Shown: positions 34,406 through 42,334 of the stretch, one piece after another
How the letters are laid out: each line of letters opens with the position of its first letter
How positions within the stretch are numbered: the stretch's first letter is position 1
Source of the DNA: Longimicrobiales bacterium
Lineage (GTDB): Bacteria; Gemmatimonadota; Gemmatimonadetes; Longimicrobiales; Gaopeijiaceae
Length of the DNA stretch: 64,000 bases
Assembly (NCBI GenBank): GCA_965202805.1
Contig: OZ241869.1
Coordinates: 928,001-992,000 of the forward strand
Reading direction: 5' to 3'
Notes under the pieces: model-generated
Databases searched by the model: none
What the model was told of the DNA's origin: nothing
The model's input: only the letters and a program-made list of their open reading frames with translations
Made by a program: the position numbers and the translations under genes

Positions 34406-34576
34406 AAAAAGAAAGCTCGAACAGCTCCTGAATCGAACGCCGATCTCGTAGATCGTCCGTTCGGAATCTACGTTGCTTGAACCCCTGTCCTCCTCCGGCA
34501 AGTGCCGGGAAGACCACGCGGCAGGACGTAGCGCCTGCACGCAAAAGGGGCCCGCCTCACTTCCTCGAAACCCCAA

Positions 34577-34589
34577 TTTTCAAAAAGCT
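34577..34589 (-). promoter_or_regulatory. Leader boxA-like element
   Basis: AGCTTTTTGAAAA lies just before the 5' arm of the 16S processing stem (34551-34575 pairs with about 32768-32790). Confidence 0.55.
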
Positions 34590-34663
34590 CCGGCACCGGG
34601 TACGGGCTGCCGGAATCATGGACTCCCGCAAGCGGGGCGGCGCCGTCGCTTCGGGAGCGTACG

Positions 34664-34692
34664 ATGGTAACCCCTCCTGCCAGGGGAGTCAA
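34664..34692 (-). promoter_or_regulatory. sigma70-type rrn promoter
   Basis: TTGACT-N17-TACCAT upstream of the 16S leader. Confidence 0.75.
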
Positions 34693-34699
34693 CCCGCGT

Positions 34700-36694
34700 T
34701 CAGGGGTTGCCGGCGGGTTCGGATCCCATTGCTGCGCTGCCTCGACCGGCGGCCGAGAGATGCCGTCTCGGCTCGCCCGGGGGGACCACGCCTTCCGCCA
34801 GTGATGCGGTGGGGATCTCATGCGCCTCGACGCGATGTCCCCGGCGCAGGGTCAGGTACGCTTCCATGGCACGGTAGGCCGGCAAACCCAGCGAACGCAG
34901 GAAATCGGCCGTGCCCCGGTTGCGATCGACGACGCGCTGCCAGAACTCACGCGCATCCGGCCCCGGGAAGGGGGCAGAGTCCTTCTGTGACTCGTGCCTG
35001 AAGATCGCCTGCACCTTGCCCCGCAGCTCCCCTTCCGAGAGAGGTACCAGCACGGTGGCCTCGTTTACGCTCCACTCCTGCCAGGCGCCCCGATAGAGCC
35101 ACAGCCAGGGCGCCGCGCCACTGTAGCGCTCCAGAGCCCGCTCCACGGCCTCCAGGCACATCCGGTGGGTTCCGTGCGGGTCCGAGAGATCGCCCGCGGC
35201 AAAGACCATCGAGGGACGGACCTCTTCGAGCAGAGTGGCGACGATTCCGACATCGCTCTCCGTGATCGGGTTCTTTCTGACCTTGCCCGTCTGATAGAAG
35301 GGCAGGTCCAGAAAGCAGGCGCACTCGCCGGAGAGCCCCAGGGCCTGGATGCCGGCCACCGCCTCGCTCTCGCGGATGACGCGCTTCAGGTTCTGCACGA
35401 CGACCGGGTCCCCCTCCCCGGGCTCCTTGCGCGCGAGTTCCTCCTCAACCCGGTGGATCACGCTCCCAAGGGTCCTGCGGTCCCCCAGCCGGATGACGCC
35501 GGCCGTGCGCCGCATGAAGTCCAGATAGCGGCGGATCTCGTGGTCGAACACGGCGATGTTGCCGGAGGTCATGTACGCCACGGTCACGCGGTTGCCGTTC
35601 TCGGCCAGCTTGCGCAACAGCCCGCCCATCGAGATCACGTCGTCATCGGGATGGGGCGAGAAGACGAGCATCCTCTGGCCCCGCGGCAACCGGCTCTTGC
35701 CGCGGATCTTGGAGATCAGCGCGTTGAATACCTGCCCGTTGAGCGGCTCCGCCGACCCGTGCCGGGACACCAGCGAACCGAGGTGGTGCTCGCGGTAGTC
35801 GTCGGTGGCCAGGTGGAGGATCGGCTTCCCCGAGCGCCGGCTGAGCCATACGACCGCCTCCACTTCGCGCTGCGGCGTCCATTCCACGTCGCCGACCAGC
35901 CAGGGCGTGCGGATGCGCGTCAGTTCGGCGGCCGCCGGAGGATCGAGATACACCGTCGCGTGCGGGTGCTGCTGCAGGAAGGTGGCTGCCACATCGGCGT
36001 GCACCTCACCCTCCACCGCGCGTCGCACGATGTCCGCCTTGTGCTCACCCGTCGCCAGCAGGATCACTTCGCGCGCTTCGAGGATGGTCGCCACGCCCAT
36101 CGTGATCGCACGGGACGGCACGTTCTCCTCGCCGAAGAAGTCGGCCGTCGCATCGGACCGGGTGACCGCATCGAGATACAGGCACCGCGTGCGCGACTCG
36201 CGCCTGGAACCCGGCTCGTTGAAGCCGATGTGCCCGCTGCGACCGATTCCGAGGATCTGCAGGTCGATCCCGCCGGCGTCGCGGATTCGACGCTCGTAGT
36301 CGAGACAGTGGGCCTCCAGGTCCGTCTCGCAGAGATCGCCGCGGGGGATGTGGCGGTTCTCGAGCGGGATGTTGACGAAGTCGAAGAGGTTCTCCCGCAT
36401 GTAACGATGGTAGCTGTGCACGCTGCCGGGCCGCATGGGGAAGTACTCGTCGAGGTTGAAGGCCACGACGTTGGAGAAGTCGAGGCCCTCTTCGCGGTGG
36501 AGGCGTATGAGTTCCCGGTAGACGCCGACGGGAGTGGAGCCGGTCGCGAGTCCGAGAACTGCATGCCGCCCCCCGCGACTGCGCTCGCGGATGAGTTCTG
36601 CAACCCGTCCGGCCACCTCGGCGGCGAGGCTGTCGTGATCCGGCATGATGCGAACCGGAATGCGCTCTCTGCGCGCCGAATGCGTTTCGCTCAT
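34700..36694 (-). CDS. nagB: Glucosamine-6-phosphate deaminase fused to a PIG-L/LmbE-like domain
   Basis: NagB: LGLATGSTP, FNLDEY, GHIGFNEPG. PIG-L: SPHPDDDVISMGG, DPHGTH, HESQ. Confidence 0.92.
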   Translation of the reverse strand: MSETHSARRERIPVRIMPDHDSLAAEVAGRVAELIRERSRGGRHAVLGLATGSTPVGVYRELIRLHREEGLDFSNVVAFNLDEYFPMRPGSVHSYHRYMRENLFDFVNIPLENRHIPRGDLCETDLEAHCLDYERRIRDAGGIDLQILGIGRSGHIGFNEPGSRRESRTRCLYLDAVTRSDATADFFGEENVPSRAITMGVATILEAREVILLATGEHKADIVRRAVEGEVHADVAATFLQQHPHATVYLDPPAAAELTRIRTPWLVGDVEWTPQREVEAVVWLSRRSGKPILHLATDDYREHHLGSLVSRHGSAEPLNGQVFNALISKIRGKSRLPRGQRMLVFSPHPDDDVISMGGLLRKLAENGNRVTVAYMTSGNIAVFDHEIRRYLDFMRRTAGVIRLGDRRTLGSVIHRVEEELARKEPGEGDPVVVQNLKRVIRESEAVAGIQALGLSGECACFLDLPFYQTGKVRKNPITESDVGIVATLLEEVRPSMVFAAGDLSDPHGTHRMCLEAVERALERYSGAAPWLWLYRGAWQEWSVNEATVLVPLSEGELRGKVQAIFRHESQKDSAPFPGPDAREFWQRVVDRNRGTADFLRSLGLPAYRAMEAYLTLRRGHRVEAHEIPTASLAEGVVPPGEPRRHLSAAGRGSAAMGSEPAGNP

Positions 36695-36861
36695 GGCAGG
36701 CAGTGCTCTCCGTGGAGCTCTCCGCCGTCGGGCCGTCAGGGCACCTCGCCCTCGGGCAGGAGCACGAACATCGCGTACTGATCGCTACGAAGATAGCGAA
36801 TCCCGGCCTGCCGGACCTTCCCCGCCAGCGACCGGGCCACGCCGGCCGGGGTCCGGAGCAA

Positions 36862-36936
36862 GGTGAGCGACCGGACTTGAACCGGCGACCTCCAGGGCCA
36901 CAACCTGGCGCTCTAACCACCTGAGCTACGCCCACC
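36862..36936 (-). tRNA. tRNA-His(GTG)
   Basis: Cloverleaf GTGGGCG...CGCTCAC-C, anticodon loop TTGTGGC, encoded G-1. CCA not encoded. Confidence 0.95.
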
Positions 36937-37154
36937 ACATGGGAGGTCGGCGGGACCTGAAGGCCCGCCTTCCTCACGCGCTGATTCGAAGGTGCCTCCG
37001 AAACGAGCGACAAAAAGTAATCCGCCGCCGGATGCGCGTAAACCACAATGCACACCCGGGGACCGGACCCTCGTCCGCCTCGTTCGAGGCGAACGGGAAC
37101 CCGGAGGCAGGACGCTCTCCGGCAGCCACTCGGCCAACGGAAAACGAGACGAGG

Positions 37155-37228
<74 letters not shown>

Positions 37229-37254
37229 TTCTTGAGGAAAGGGACCCGGGGCCC

Positions 37255-37461
37255 CTAGAGCTTGACGACGTTCTCCGCCGCGGGGCCCTTCTGCCCCTGG
37301 ACGATGTCGAATTCGACCCGCTCACCTTCGGCTAACGAACGATACCCATCGACCTGGATGGCCGAGTGGTGTACGAAGCAGTCCCGATCACTGCCCTCGG
37401 GCGTAATGAACCCAAAGCCCTTCGCATCGTTGAACCACTTCACCGTACCGGTGGTACGCAT
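37255..37461 (-). CDS. Cold-shock protein (CspA family)
   Basis: [23 protein letters not shown] and KGPAAENV motifs. AAGGAG SD. Confidence 0.96.
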   Translation of the reverse strand: MRTTGTVKWFNDAKGFGFITPEGSDRDCFVHHSAIQVDGYRSLAEGERVEFDIVQGQKGPAAENVVKL

Positions 37462-37559
37462 CCCGCGCTCCTTGCCCGCGCTCACCCGCGGCCTGTTTGG
37501 TGTCCGCCGAGACCCGGAACATCCGGCCCTGCGACGTCCAACTGCTCAAAATCGCCCCA

Positions 37560-37589
37560 ATGTTACAGGTCCGTGCCAGCCGATGTCAA
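37560..37589 (-). promoter_or_regulatory. Candidate sigma70 promoter for csp and the tRNAs
   Basis: TTGACA-N18-TAACAT about 100 nt upstream of the csp ATG. Confidence 0.6.
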
Positions 37590-37674
37590 CGCCGTCATCC
37601 GTTGTCGTACCGAAGAGCGGGAGCGTCCGGAACAACTCCGTGGTCCAGGGCGCGCGGACCTTCCGCACCGTCGG

Positions 37675-37758
37675 GCCGACGCAGCGGTACCCGAATCCCG
37701 GTTCCTCCATCGGGCGCGGATCCTTGTAGAGGTTGCGCCCGTCGAGGATGACCGGGGG
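37675..37758 (-). pseudogene. C-terminal remnant of a UDP-glucose/GDP-mannose dehydrogenase
   Basis: PPVILDGRNLYKDPRPMEEPGFGYRCVG matches the Ugd C-terminal pattern PVxxDGRNxxDP...GFxYxxxG. The rest of the gene is absent. Confidence 0.6.
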
Positions 37759-37797
37759 TAAGCATGGGGCGTGTGCCCATCCGTTGGTGACAACAAG

Positions 37798-37815
37798 ATG
37801 AGAAGTCATTATCAT
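37798..37815. promoter_or_regulatory. Candidate Fur-family operator
   Basis: AT-rich imperfect palindrome ATGAGAAG-TC-ATTATCAT upstream of the MerC-like and Fur-family genes. One nt longer than a canonical Fur box. Confidence 0.5.
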
Positions 37816-37949
37816 TACCTCTTCAGGCACTCACATTTCCGCCACCCTGCTCCTTCCGCCGAAGCAAACCCATCAAGAGCTTTCTCGCAACCGCCCCGCC
37901 GACCACGTACCTGGCCTCCGGATCGCGGCTCGCCGGATACGCTGCGGCC

Positions 37950-38300
37950 TTGTGTGGCCTGCACTGCGCGCTCACGCCGCTTCTCGTCGTGGCGGCACCG
38001 GCGCTCGCGCTCTCCGAAGGCATCGAGAGAGGCGTATGGGTCGCGACGGTCCTTGTCGGCGCGGCGACGCTCGTCATGGGCCCGGCCCGTACGAATGCCC
38101 CAGTGGTCCTCACCTTTGTCGGGGGAGCCGTGCTCTGGGCAGCGTCCCTCGCGGGCTGGCTCGAACCGCTGCCCGAGACCATGACGTCGGTTGCCGGCAG
38201 CCTGACGCTCGCGGGCGCCCTCCTGCAGGGTGCGCGTGTCTGTCGGGCGGACGCTTGCGCCATTTGCGCCGACGAGGGACACGCGGATCGAGGAGGCTGA
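37950..38300 (+). CDS. MerC-like membrane protein (start unresolved)
   Basis: LCGLHCALTPLL (CxxHC), four hydrophobic segments and a Cys/His tail. The frame is open upstream to 37791 but has no ATG/GTG. Confidence 0.65.
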   Translation: MCGLHCALTPLLVVAAPALALSEGIERGVWVATVLVGAATLVMGPARTNAPVVLTFVGGAVLWAASLAGWLEPLPETMTSVAGSLTLAGALLQGARVCRADACAICADEGHADRGG

Positions 38301-38350
38301 CGACGACATCTCCTCGTCACGGAACATTCCCACTCTGCACCCCGACTTCG

Positions 38351-38719
38351 ATGCAACGAGACACCCGTCAGCGCCGGGCGATCCGTAGCGTGTTCATGAA
38401 CGTCGACCGCCCCCTCACGCCCGATGAGATCCTCGAGTACGGCCAACGGATCGTGCCTTCGCTGGGGCTGGCAACCGTCTACCGGACCGTCAAGATCTTC
38501 GTGGCCGAGAAGTGGCTCTCGGAAGTGGAGCTTCCGGGCGGTGGGCTTCGGTACGAATTGGCCGACCGGCCGCATCATCACCACTTCCTGTGCCGCTCCT
38601 GCGACCAGGCATTCGATGTCCATCAGTGTCCGGATGAAGTCGAGCTGCTGGCGCCCAAGGGCTTCGAGGTCGACGGCCACGAGTTGACTCTCTTTGGTCG
38701 TTGCGTGACGTGCCTGTGA
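38351..38719 (+). CDS. Fur-family metalloregulator (Zur/Nur-like)
   Basis: TRQRRAI, LATVYRT, HHHHFLCRSC and terminal GRCVTC. Confidence 0.92.
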   Translation: MQRDTRQRRAIRSVFMNVDRPLTPDEILEYGQRIVPSLGLATVYRTVKIFVAEKWLSEVELPGGGLRYELADRPHHHHFLCRSCDQAFDVHQCPDEVELLAPKGFEVDGHELTLFGRCVTCL

Positions 38720-38786
38720 CGGGTCGTTGAACCAGCCGCTCGGGGTGCTCCCGGAACCCGCCGGCTCGAAGACGCGCTCCTTCCGG

Positions 38787-39140
38787 ATGCTCTCTCGTCT
38801 TGCGGTCTTCGTTCTGCCTGTCGCCCTGGCCGCGTGCGGGTCCGGCGCGCCCGACGGAACGGCTCCTCAGGGACGCAACGGACGCCGATTGCTGGGTGTT
38901 CCGCGACCCGATTTCCACAAGGTTCGACGATCGGAACGTGCTTTCGCGCTTCAAGGCGTATCGGGAAGGCTGCTTGTTCTGGGAGCCGGGCAAGCCCAAT
39001 CCCGCCGCCGATTCGTGGGAGGTGTGGGAGATGGGAACCATCCGGCCGGACTGGCGCCTGGCCGACATCGTGAAAATGGTGCACCCGGAGCTGCGCGACG
39101 GCGAGTGGCGCTACCTCGCGCTGGAAACCTGGGAGGAGGG
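38787..39140 (+). pseudogene. Internally deleted iron/cobalamin-type ABC substrate-binding lipoprotein
   Basis: Lipoprotein signal MLSRLAVFVLPVALAAC is joined out of frame (about 38856) to an SBP C-terminus: DADCW...FKAYREG...WEMGTIRPDWRLADIVKMVHPEL. Confidence 0.65.
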
Positions 39141-39142
39141 CC

Positions 39143-39397
39143 ATGAGGCGAAGCGCTCCGAGACGTTCAAGGCCCGAGGACTGGACATGGGCCGGGCAGC
39201 GGACGTGTTTTGCCGACGCGACGCTAACCGTCGAGGACGACCGGCAGGACTACGGTGAGGTTCGCTACATCACCATCGGTTTTCTGGACGAGGCGATGGT
39301 GGTGCTCGTCTGGACGCGCCGCGCCGCTGCACGCAGGATCATCAGCATGAGGAAGGCCAATGAACGAGAACGACGGCTCTACGGCCCGAGGTTTTGA
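39143..39397 (+). pseudogene. brnT: BrnT-family toxin, 5'-truncated and frameshifted
   Basis: EAKRSETFKARGLDMGRAADVF is in one frame. After an extra T in the TTTT run at 39208-39211, ADATLTVEDDRQDYGEVRYITIG...RIISMRKANERE is in the next. Confidence 0.8.
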
Positions 39398-39617
39398 CCC
39401 CGACACCGCGCCCGACCTCTCGAAGGACGGGTGGCCGGAGAAGTTCGCCAAGGCTCCCGTACGCCGCGGCCGTCCCCCGAAGGCGCGACCGAAGGTATCG
39501 ACCACCATCCGGTTGTCCCAGGAGGTCGTCGACCATTTTCGCGCCGGAGGTCGCGGCTGGCAGACACGGATCGACCACGCCCTACGCGACTGGATCAAGC
39601 AGCACGACGTTGCTTAG
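39360..39617 (+). CDS. brnA: BrnA-family antitoxin
   Basis: RRGRPP..PKVSTTIRLSQEVVDHFRAGGRGWQTRIDHALR; overlaps the brnT 3' end. Confidence 0.9.
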   Translation: MNENDGSTARGFDPDTAPDLSKDGWPEKFAKAPVRRGRPPKARPKVSTTIRLSQEVVDHFRAGGRGWQTRIDHALRDWIKQHDVA

Positions 39618-39620
39618 ACG

Positions 39621-39726
39621 GGATCTCGCGGCGCCCTCAGCGAGCCCAGCCTCCCGCGATCCCGACACCGCGCGCCGGTTGTGGGTCGTATCCGAGGAGC
39701 TGACCGGCGCCCGATTCCCCATCTGA
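39621..39726 (+). pseudogene. C-terminal remnant of a retinol-dehydrogenase-like SDR
   Basis: SPASRDPDTARRLWVVSEELTGARF matches the SDR terminal helix (D...ARRLWEVSEELTG). No upstream gene body. Confidence 0.6.
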
Positions 39727-39779
39727 GCGGCGCCGGACTTGATTAGCCGAACATCGCCCCCCAAACCACGTAACTCCAA

Positions 39780-39853
39780 TCGGGGCGGCCGGATTCGAAC
39801 CGGCGACCTCCTGCTCCCAAAGCAGGCGCGCTACCGGGCTGCGCCACGCCCCG
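39780..39853 (-). tRNA. tRNA-Pro(TGG)
   Basis: CGGGGCG...CGCCCCG-A cloverleaf, anticodon loop TTTGGGA. CCA not encoded. Confidence 0.95.
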
Positions 39854-39885
39854 TTTCTCTTGTTCTGCCCGTTTCTCGTGTTCTA
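39850..39885. repeat. 18-bp tandem duplication of the rdgB/tRNA-Pro junction
   Basis: cccgtttctcttgttctg / cccgtttctcgtgttcta (16/18 identical). Confidence 0.8.
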
Positions 39886-40527
39886 GTAGTGGAGGGTGTC
39901 GCGCAGGTGTGAGCCCAGTGCCCGAAAGGCCTGGCCCCGGTGGCTGCGCGCATCCTTTTCTTCGGCATCGAGTTCGGCGAACGTCCTGTCCTCATCGGGA
40001 TCCAGGAAGTGTGGATCATACCCGAAGCCGCCTTCCCCCCGTGGCTCCAGGACGATGGTGCCCGGCGCCTCGCCCCGGAACACAAGCGGCTCGCCCATGC
40101 CGAAGTGCAGAACGGCGACGCACACGAAGCGTCCGGTGCGGCGATGGGGCTTGTGGCTCGCCAGCAGCTTGACCAGGTGCTCGTTGTTGGCGCGGTCGCG
40201 ATCCTCGCCTGCGAGATCGGGCGCGGGCGCGAAGCGCTTGGAGCGCACCCCCGGAGCACCGTCGAGCACATCGACCTGAAGACCGGAATCGTCGGCGATG
40301 GTCGCGGCGCCGCAGAGGCTGTTGAAGTACGCGGCCTTGGCCTTGGCGTTCTCTTCGAAGGTGTCGAAGGCCTCGACCTTGTCTTCGTCCGGGGAGAAAG
40401 GGATGCCGGCCTCGTCGAGGCTCAGAATCCGCAGTCCGGGATCCTTCCCGAGGATCCGTCGGATCTCGTCCAGCTTATGCGGGCTGCGGGTGGCGGCAAC
40501 CAGCGTGAGTGCGTGCGACGGGCTCAT
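39883..40527 (-). CDS. rdgB: dITP/XTP pyrophosphatase (Ham1 family)
   Basis: ATRSPHKLDE, TFEENA..KA, ADDSGL, PGVRSKRF, FGYDP and SHRG motifs. Confidence 0.94.
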   Translation of the reverse strand: MSPSHALTLVAATRSPHKLDEIRRILGKDPGLRILSLDEAGIPFSPDEDKVEAFDTFEENAKAKAAYFNSLCGAATIADDSGLQVDVLDGAPGVRSKRFAPAPDLAGEDRDRANNEHLVKLLASHKPHRRTGRFVCVAVLHFGMGEPLVFRGEAPGTIVLEPRGEGGFGYDPHFLDPDEDRTFAELDAEEKDARSHRGQAFRALGSHLRDTLHY

Positions 40528-40655
40528 CCGCGCGCTCCTGTCTGTTGGGTGTCCCTGGTGGGTGTGGGTCGCGAGGCCGCTCCAGCCGGGCAGCGTGCCG
40601 ACGATGACGTTTCGCGCAAGAAACTCTCTACGGGAACGGGGGCCGACGCAAGTGA

Positions 40656-41195
40656 CTACCCGGAATCCGGCTCGGCTCGGTCGGATGGCGCGGGTTCCGC
40701 CCGGCGGATGCGGCGCACCAGCCTGGTGGTGGACCGCCCCGGAAGATAGGGAACCAAAACGACTTCACCGCCCGCGGCCTCGACCTCCTCGCGGCCGACC
40801 ATCTCCTCCAGGGCGTAGTCGCCGCCCTTCACCAGCACGTCCGGGAGCAGGGCCGCGATGAGCGCGCGCGGGGTGTCCGTGTCGAACGGGGTGATCACGT
40901 CGACGCTCTCGAGCGCGGCGAGCACGGCCGCGCGGTCGTGCAGCGTGACGTAGGGGCGGTGCGGCCCCTTGAGGCGGGCGACCGAGGCGTCGGTGTTGAG
41001 CCCCACCACGAGCGTATCGCCCAGGGCGCGGGCGGCGGCCAGGTACTCCACGTGGCCGCGGTGCAGGATGTCGAAGCACCCGTTCGTGAACACGAGGCGG
41101 CCGTCGCGGGGACGGTCGTGGCGCGGACGGCCGTGGCGGGCGAGAAGCTCGTCGATGGCGAGCAGCTTGCGGCTCGGGGAGAGGCGGGCGGCCAT
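40656..41195 (-). CDS. rfaE2: D-glycero-beta-D-manno-heptose 1-phosphate adenylyltransferase (RfaE2/HldC)
   Basis: VFTNGCFDILHRGH, GLNTDASV, LVKGGDY and GRSTT motifs. Confidence 0.92.
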   Translation of the reverse strand: MAARLSPSRKLLAIDELLARHGRPRHDRPRDGRLVFTNGCFDILHRGHVEYLAAARALGDTLVVGLNTDASVARLKGPHRPYVTLHDRAAVLAALESVDVITPFDTDTPRALIAALLPDVLVKGGDYALEEMVGREEVEAAGGEVVLVPYLPGRSTTRLVRRIRRAEPAPSDRAEPDSG

Positions 41196-41344
41196 TACGC
41201 CGACCGCGGGGCTGGTGCTCGCGGGATTCCCGCGGGCAGCTTGCGGTCGGGAAGGCCGGGGCCGGCCATCAGCGCGGTGGAGCGGCCGGGGCGCGGGACT
41301 TCCCTGGGCAGCTTGCGGTCGCAGGGGCCGGGACGAGGCGTCAC
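41157..41344 (-). repeat. Three degenerate ~74-bp copies including the hldC start
   Basis: VTPRPGPCDRKLP / MAGPGLPDRKLP / MAARLSPSRKLL begin at 41344, 41269 and 41195; all share CCGCAAGCTGC. Confidence 0.8.
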
Positions 41345-42321
41345 GGGGACGGCGGATCGGCGGGTGTGCGAGTGAGGTCCGCCAGGATCTCGCCCGCACC
41401 GCGGCCCAGCAGGACCCTCGCCAGGTCGGCGGCGAGGTCTTCCGGTGCGGCCTGGCGGCCGGTGCGGTCGGCGCGGATCACCCGGCGGCCACCGGGGCTG
41501 AGCACCATCGCCCAGAGCCGGAGGCCGCCCGGGTAGGGCAACCCCAGCACGCCGACGGGCAGGTGGCATCCGGCGCCCAGCAGACGCAACAGCTCCCGCT
41601 CGGCCCGCACCGCCTGCCGGGTGGGGCGGTCGTCGAGGGTTGCCGCCAGCCGACGCGCCCGCCGGTCGTCGCGGCGCACCACCACGGCCAGCGCGCCCTG
41701 CCCCGCGGCCGGCAGCCACGCCGTCCGCTCCAGAAGCTCGCTCGCGCGGTCGAGGAGACCCATGCGCCCCAGCCCGGCGGCAGCCAGCACCAGGGCATCG
41801 CATTCGCCCCGCCCGAGCTTGGCCAGCCGGGTGTCCACGTTGCCGCGCATGGGCACCACCATGCAGTCCGGGCGGAAGGCGCGAGCGAGCGCGGCGCGGC
41901 GCTGGGAGCCCGTGCCGATGCTGGACCCGGGAGGCAGGCTGGAGAGGGTGCCGGCCGTACCGGTCGGCAACACCAGCGCGTCGCGGGGATCTTCGCGCGC
42001 AGGGGTCGCGGCGACGCACAGCCCGGGCGGCATCCGGGTCGGAATGTCCTTCAGGGAGTGCACCGCCAGGTCGACGCTGCCTTCGAGCAGGGCCTCGTCC
42101 AGCGCGCTCGTGAACACCCCTTCCCCGCCGATGCGCGCGAGGGATGCATCCGCCAACCGATCGCCCCGGGTGCGGACGGTGTGCATCGACACCCGCGCGC
42201 GACCGTCCGCCTCCAGGGCTGCCGCCACCTGCCGGCTCTGGATCAGGGCAAGCGTGGATCCCCGGGTGCCCAGCCGCAGTCGGGGTGGTTCCGATCCTGC
42301 CTGGCGCTGACCTGCCGACAC
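41341..42321 (-). CDS. hemC: Hydroxymethylbilane synthase
   Basis: LGTRGSTLALIQ, AVHSLKD, GTGSQRR, RGNVDTRL, PAAGQGAL and GC motifs. GTG start is inferred. Confidence 0.93.
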   Translation of the reverse strand: MSAGQRQAGSEPPRLRLGTRGSTLALIQSRQVAAALEADGRARVSMHTVRTRGDRLADASLARIGGEGVFTSALDEALLEGSVDLAVHSLKDIPTRMPPGLCVAATPAREDPRDALVLPTGTAGTLSSLPPGSSIGTGSQRRAALARAFRPDCMVVPMRGNVDTRLAKLGRGECDALVLAAAGLGRMGLLDRASELLERTAWLPAAGQGALAVVVRRDDRRARRLAATLDDRPTRQAVRAERELLRLLGAGCHLPVGVLGLPYPGGLRLWAMVLSPGGRRVIRADRTGRQAAPEDLAADLARVLLGRGAGEILADLTRTPADPPSP

Positions 42322-42334
42322 CGTGCGCCGGGGG

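Noticed and set aside
37230..39779. att duplication of the tRNA-Pro 3' end bounding the decayed islet
   Set aside because: No convincing copy found by eye; a computational repeat search would be needed to exclude a short degenerate one.
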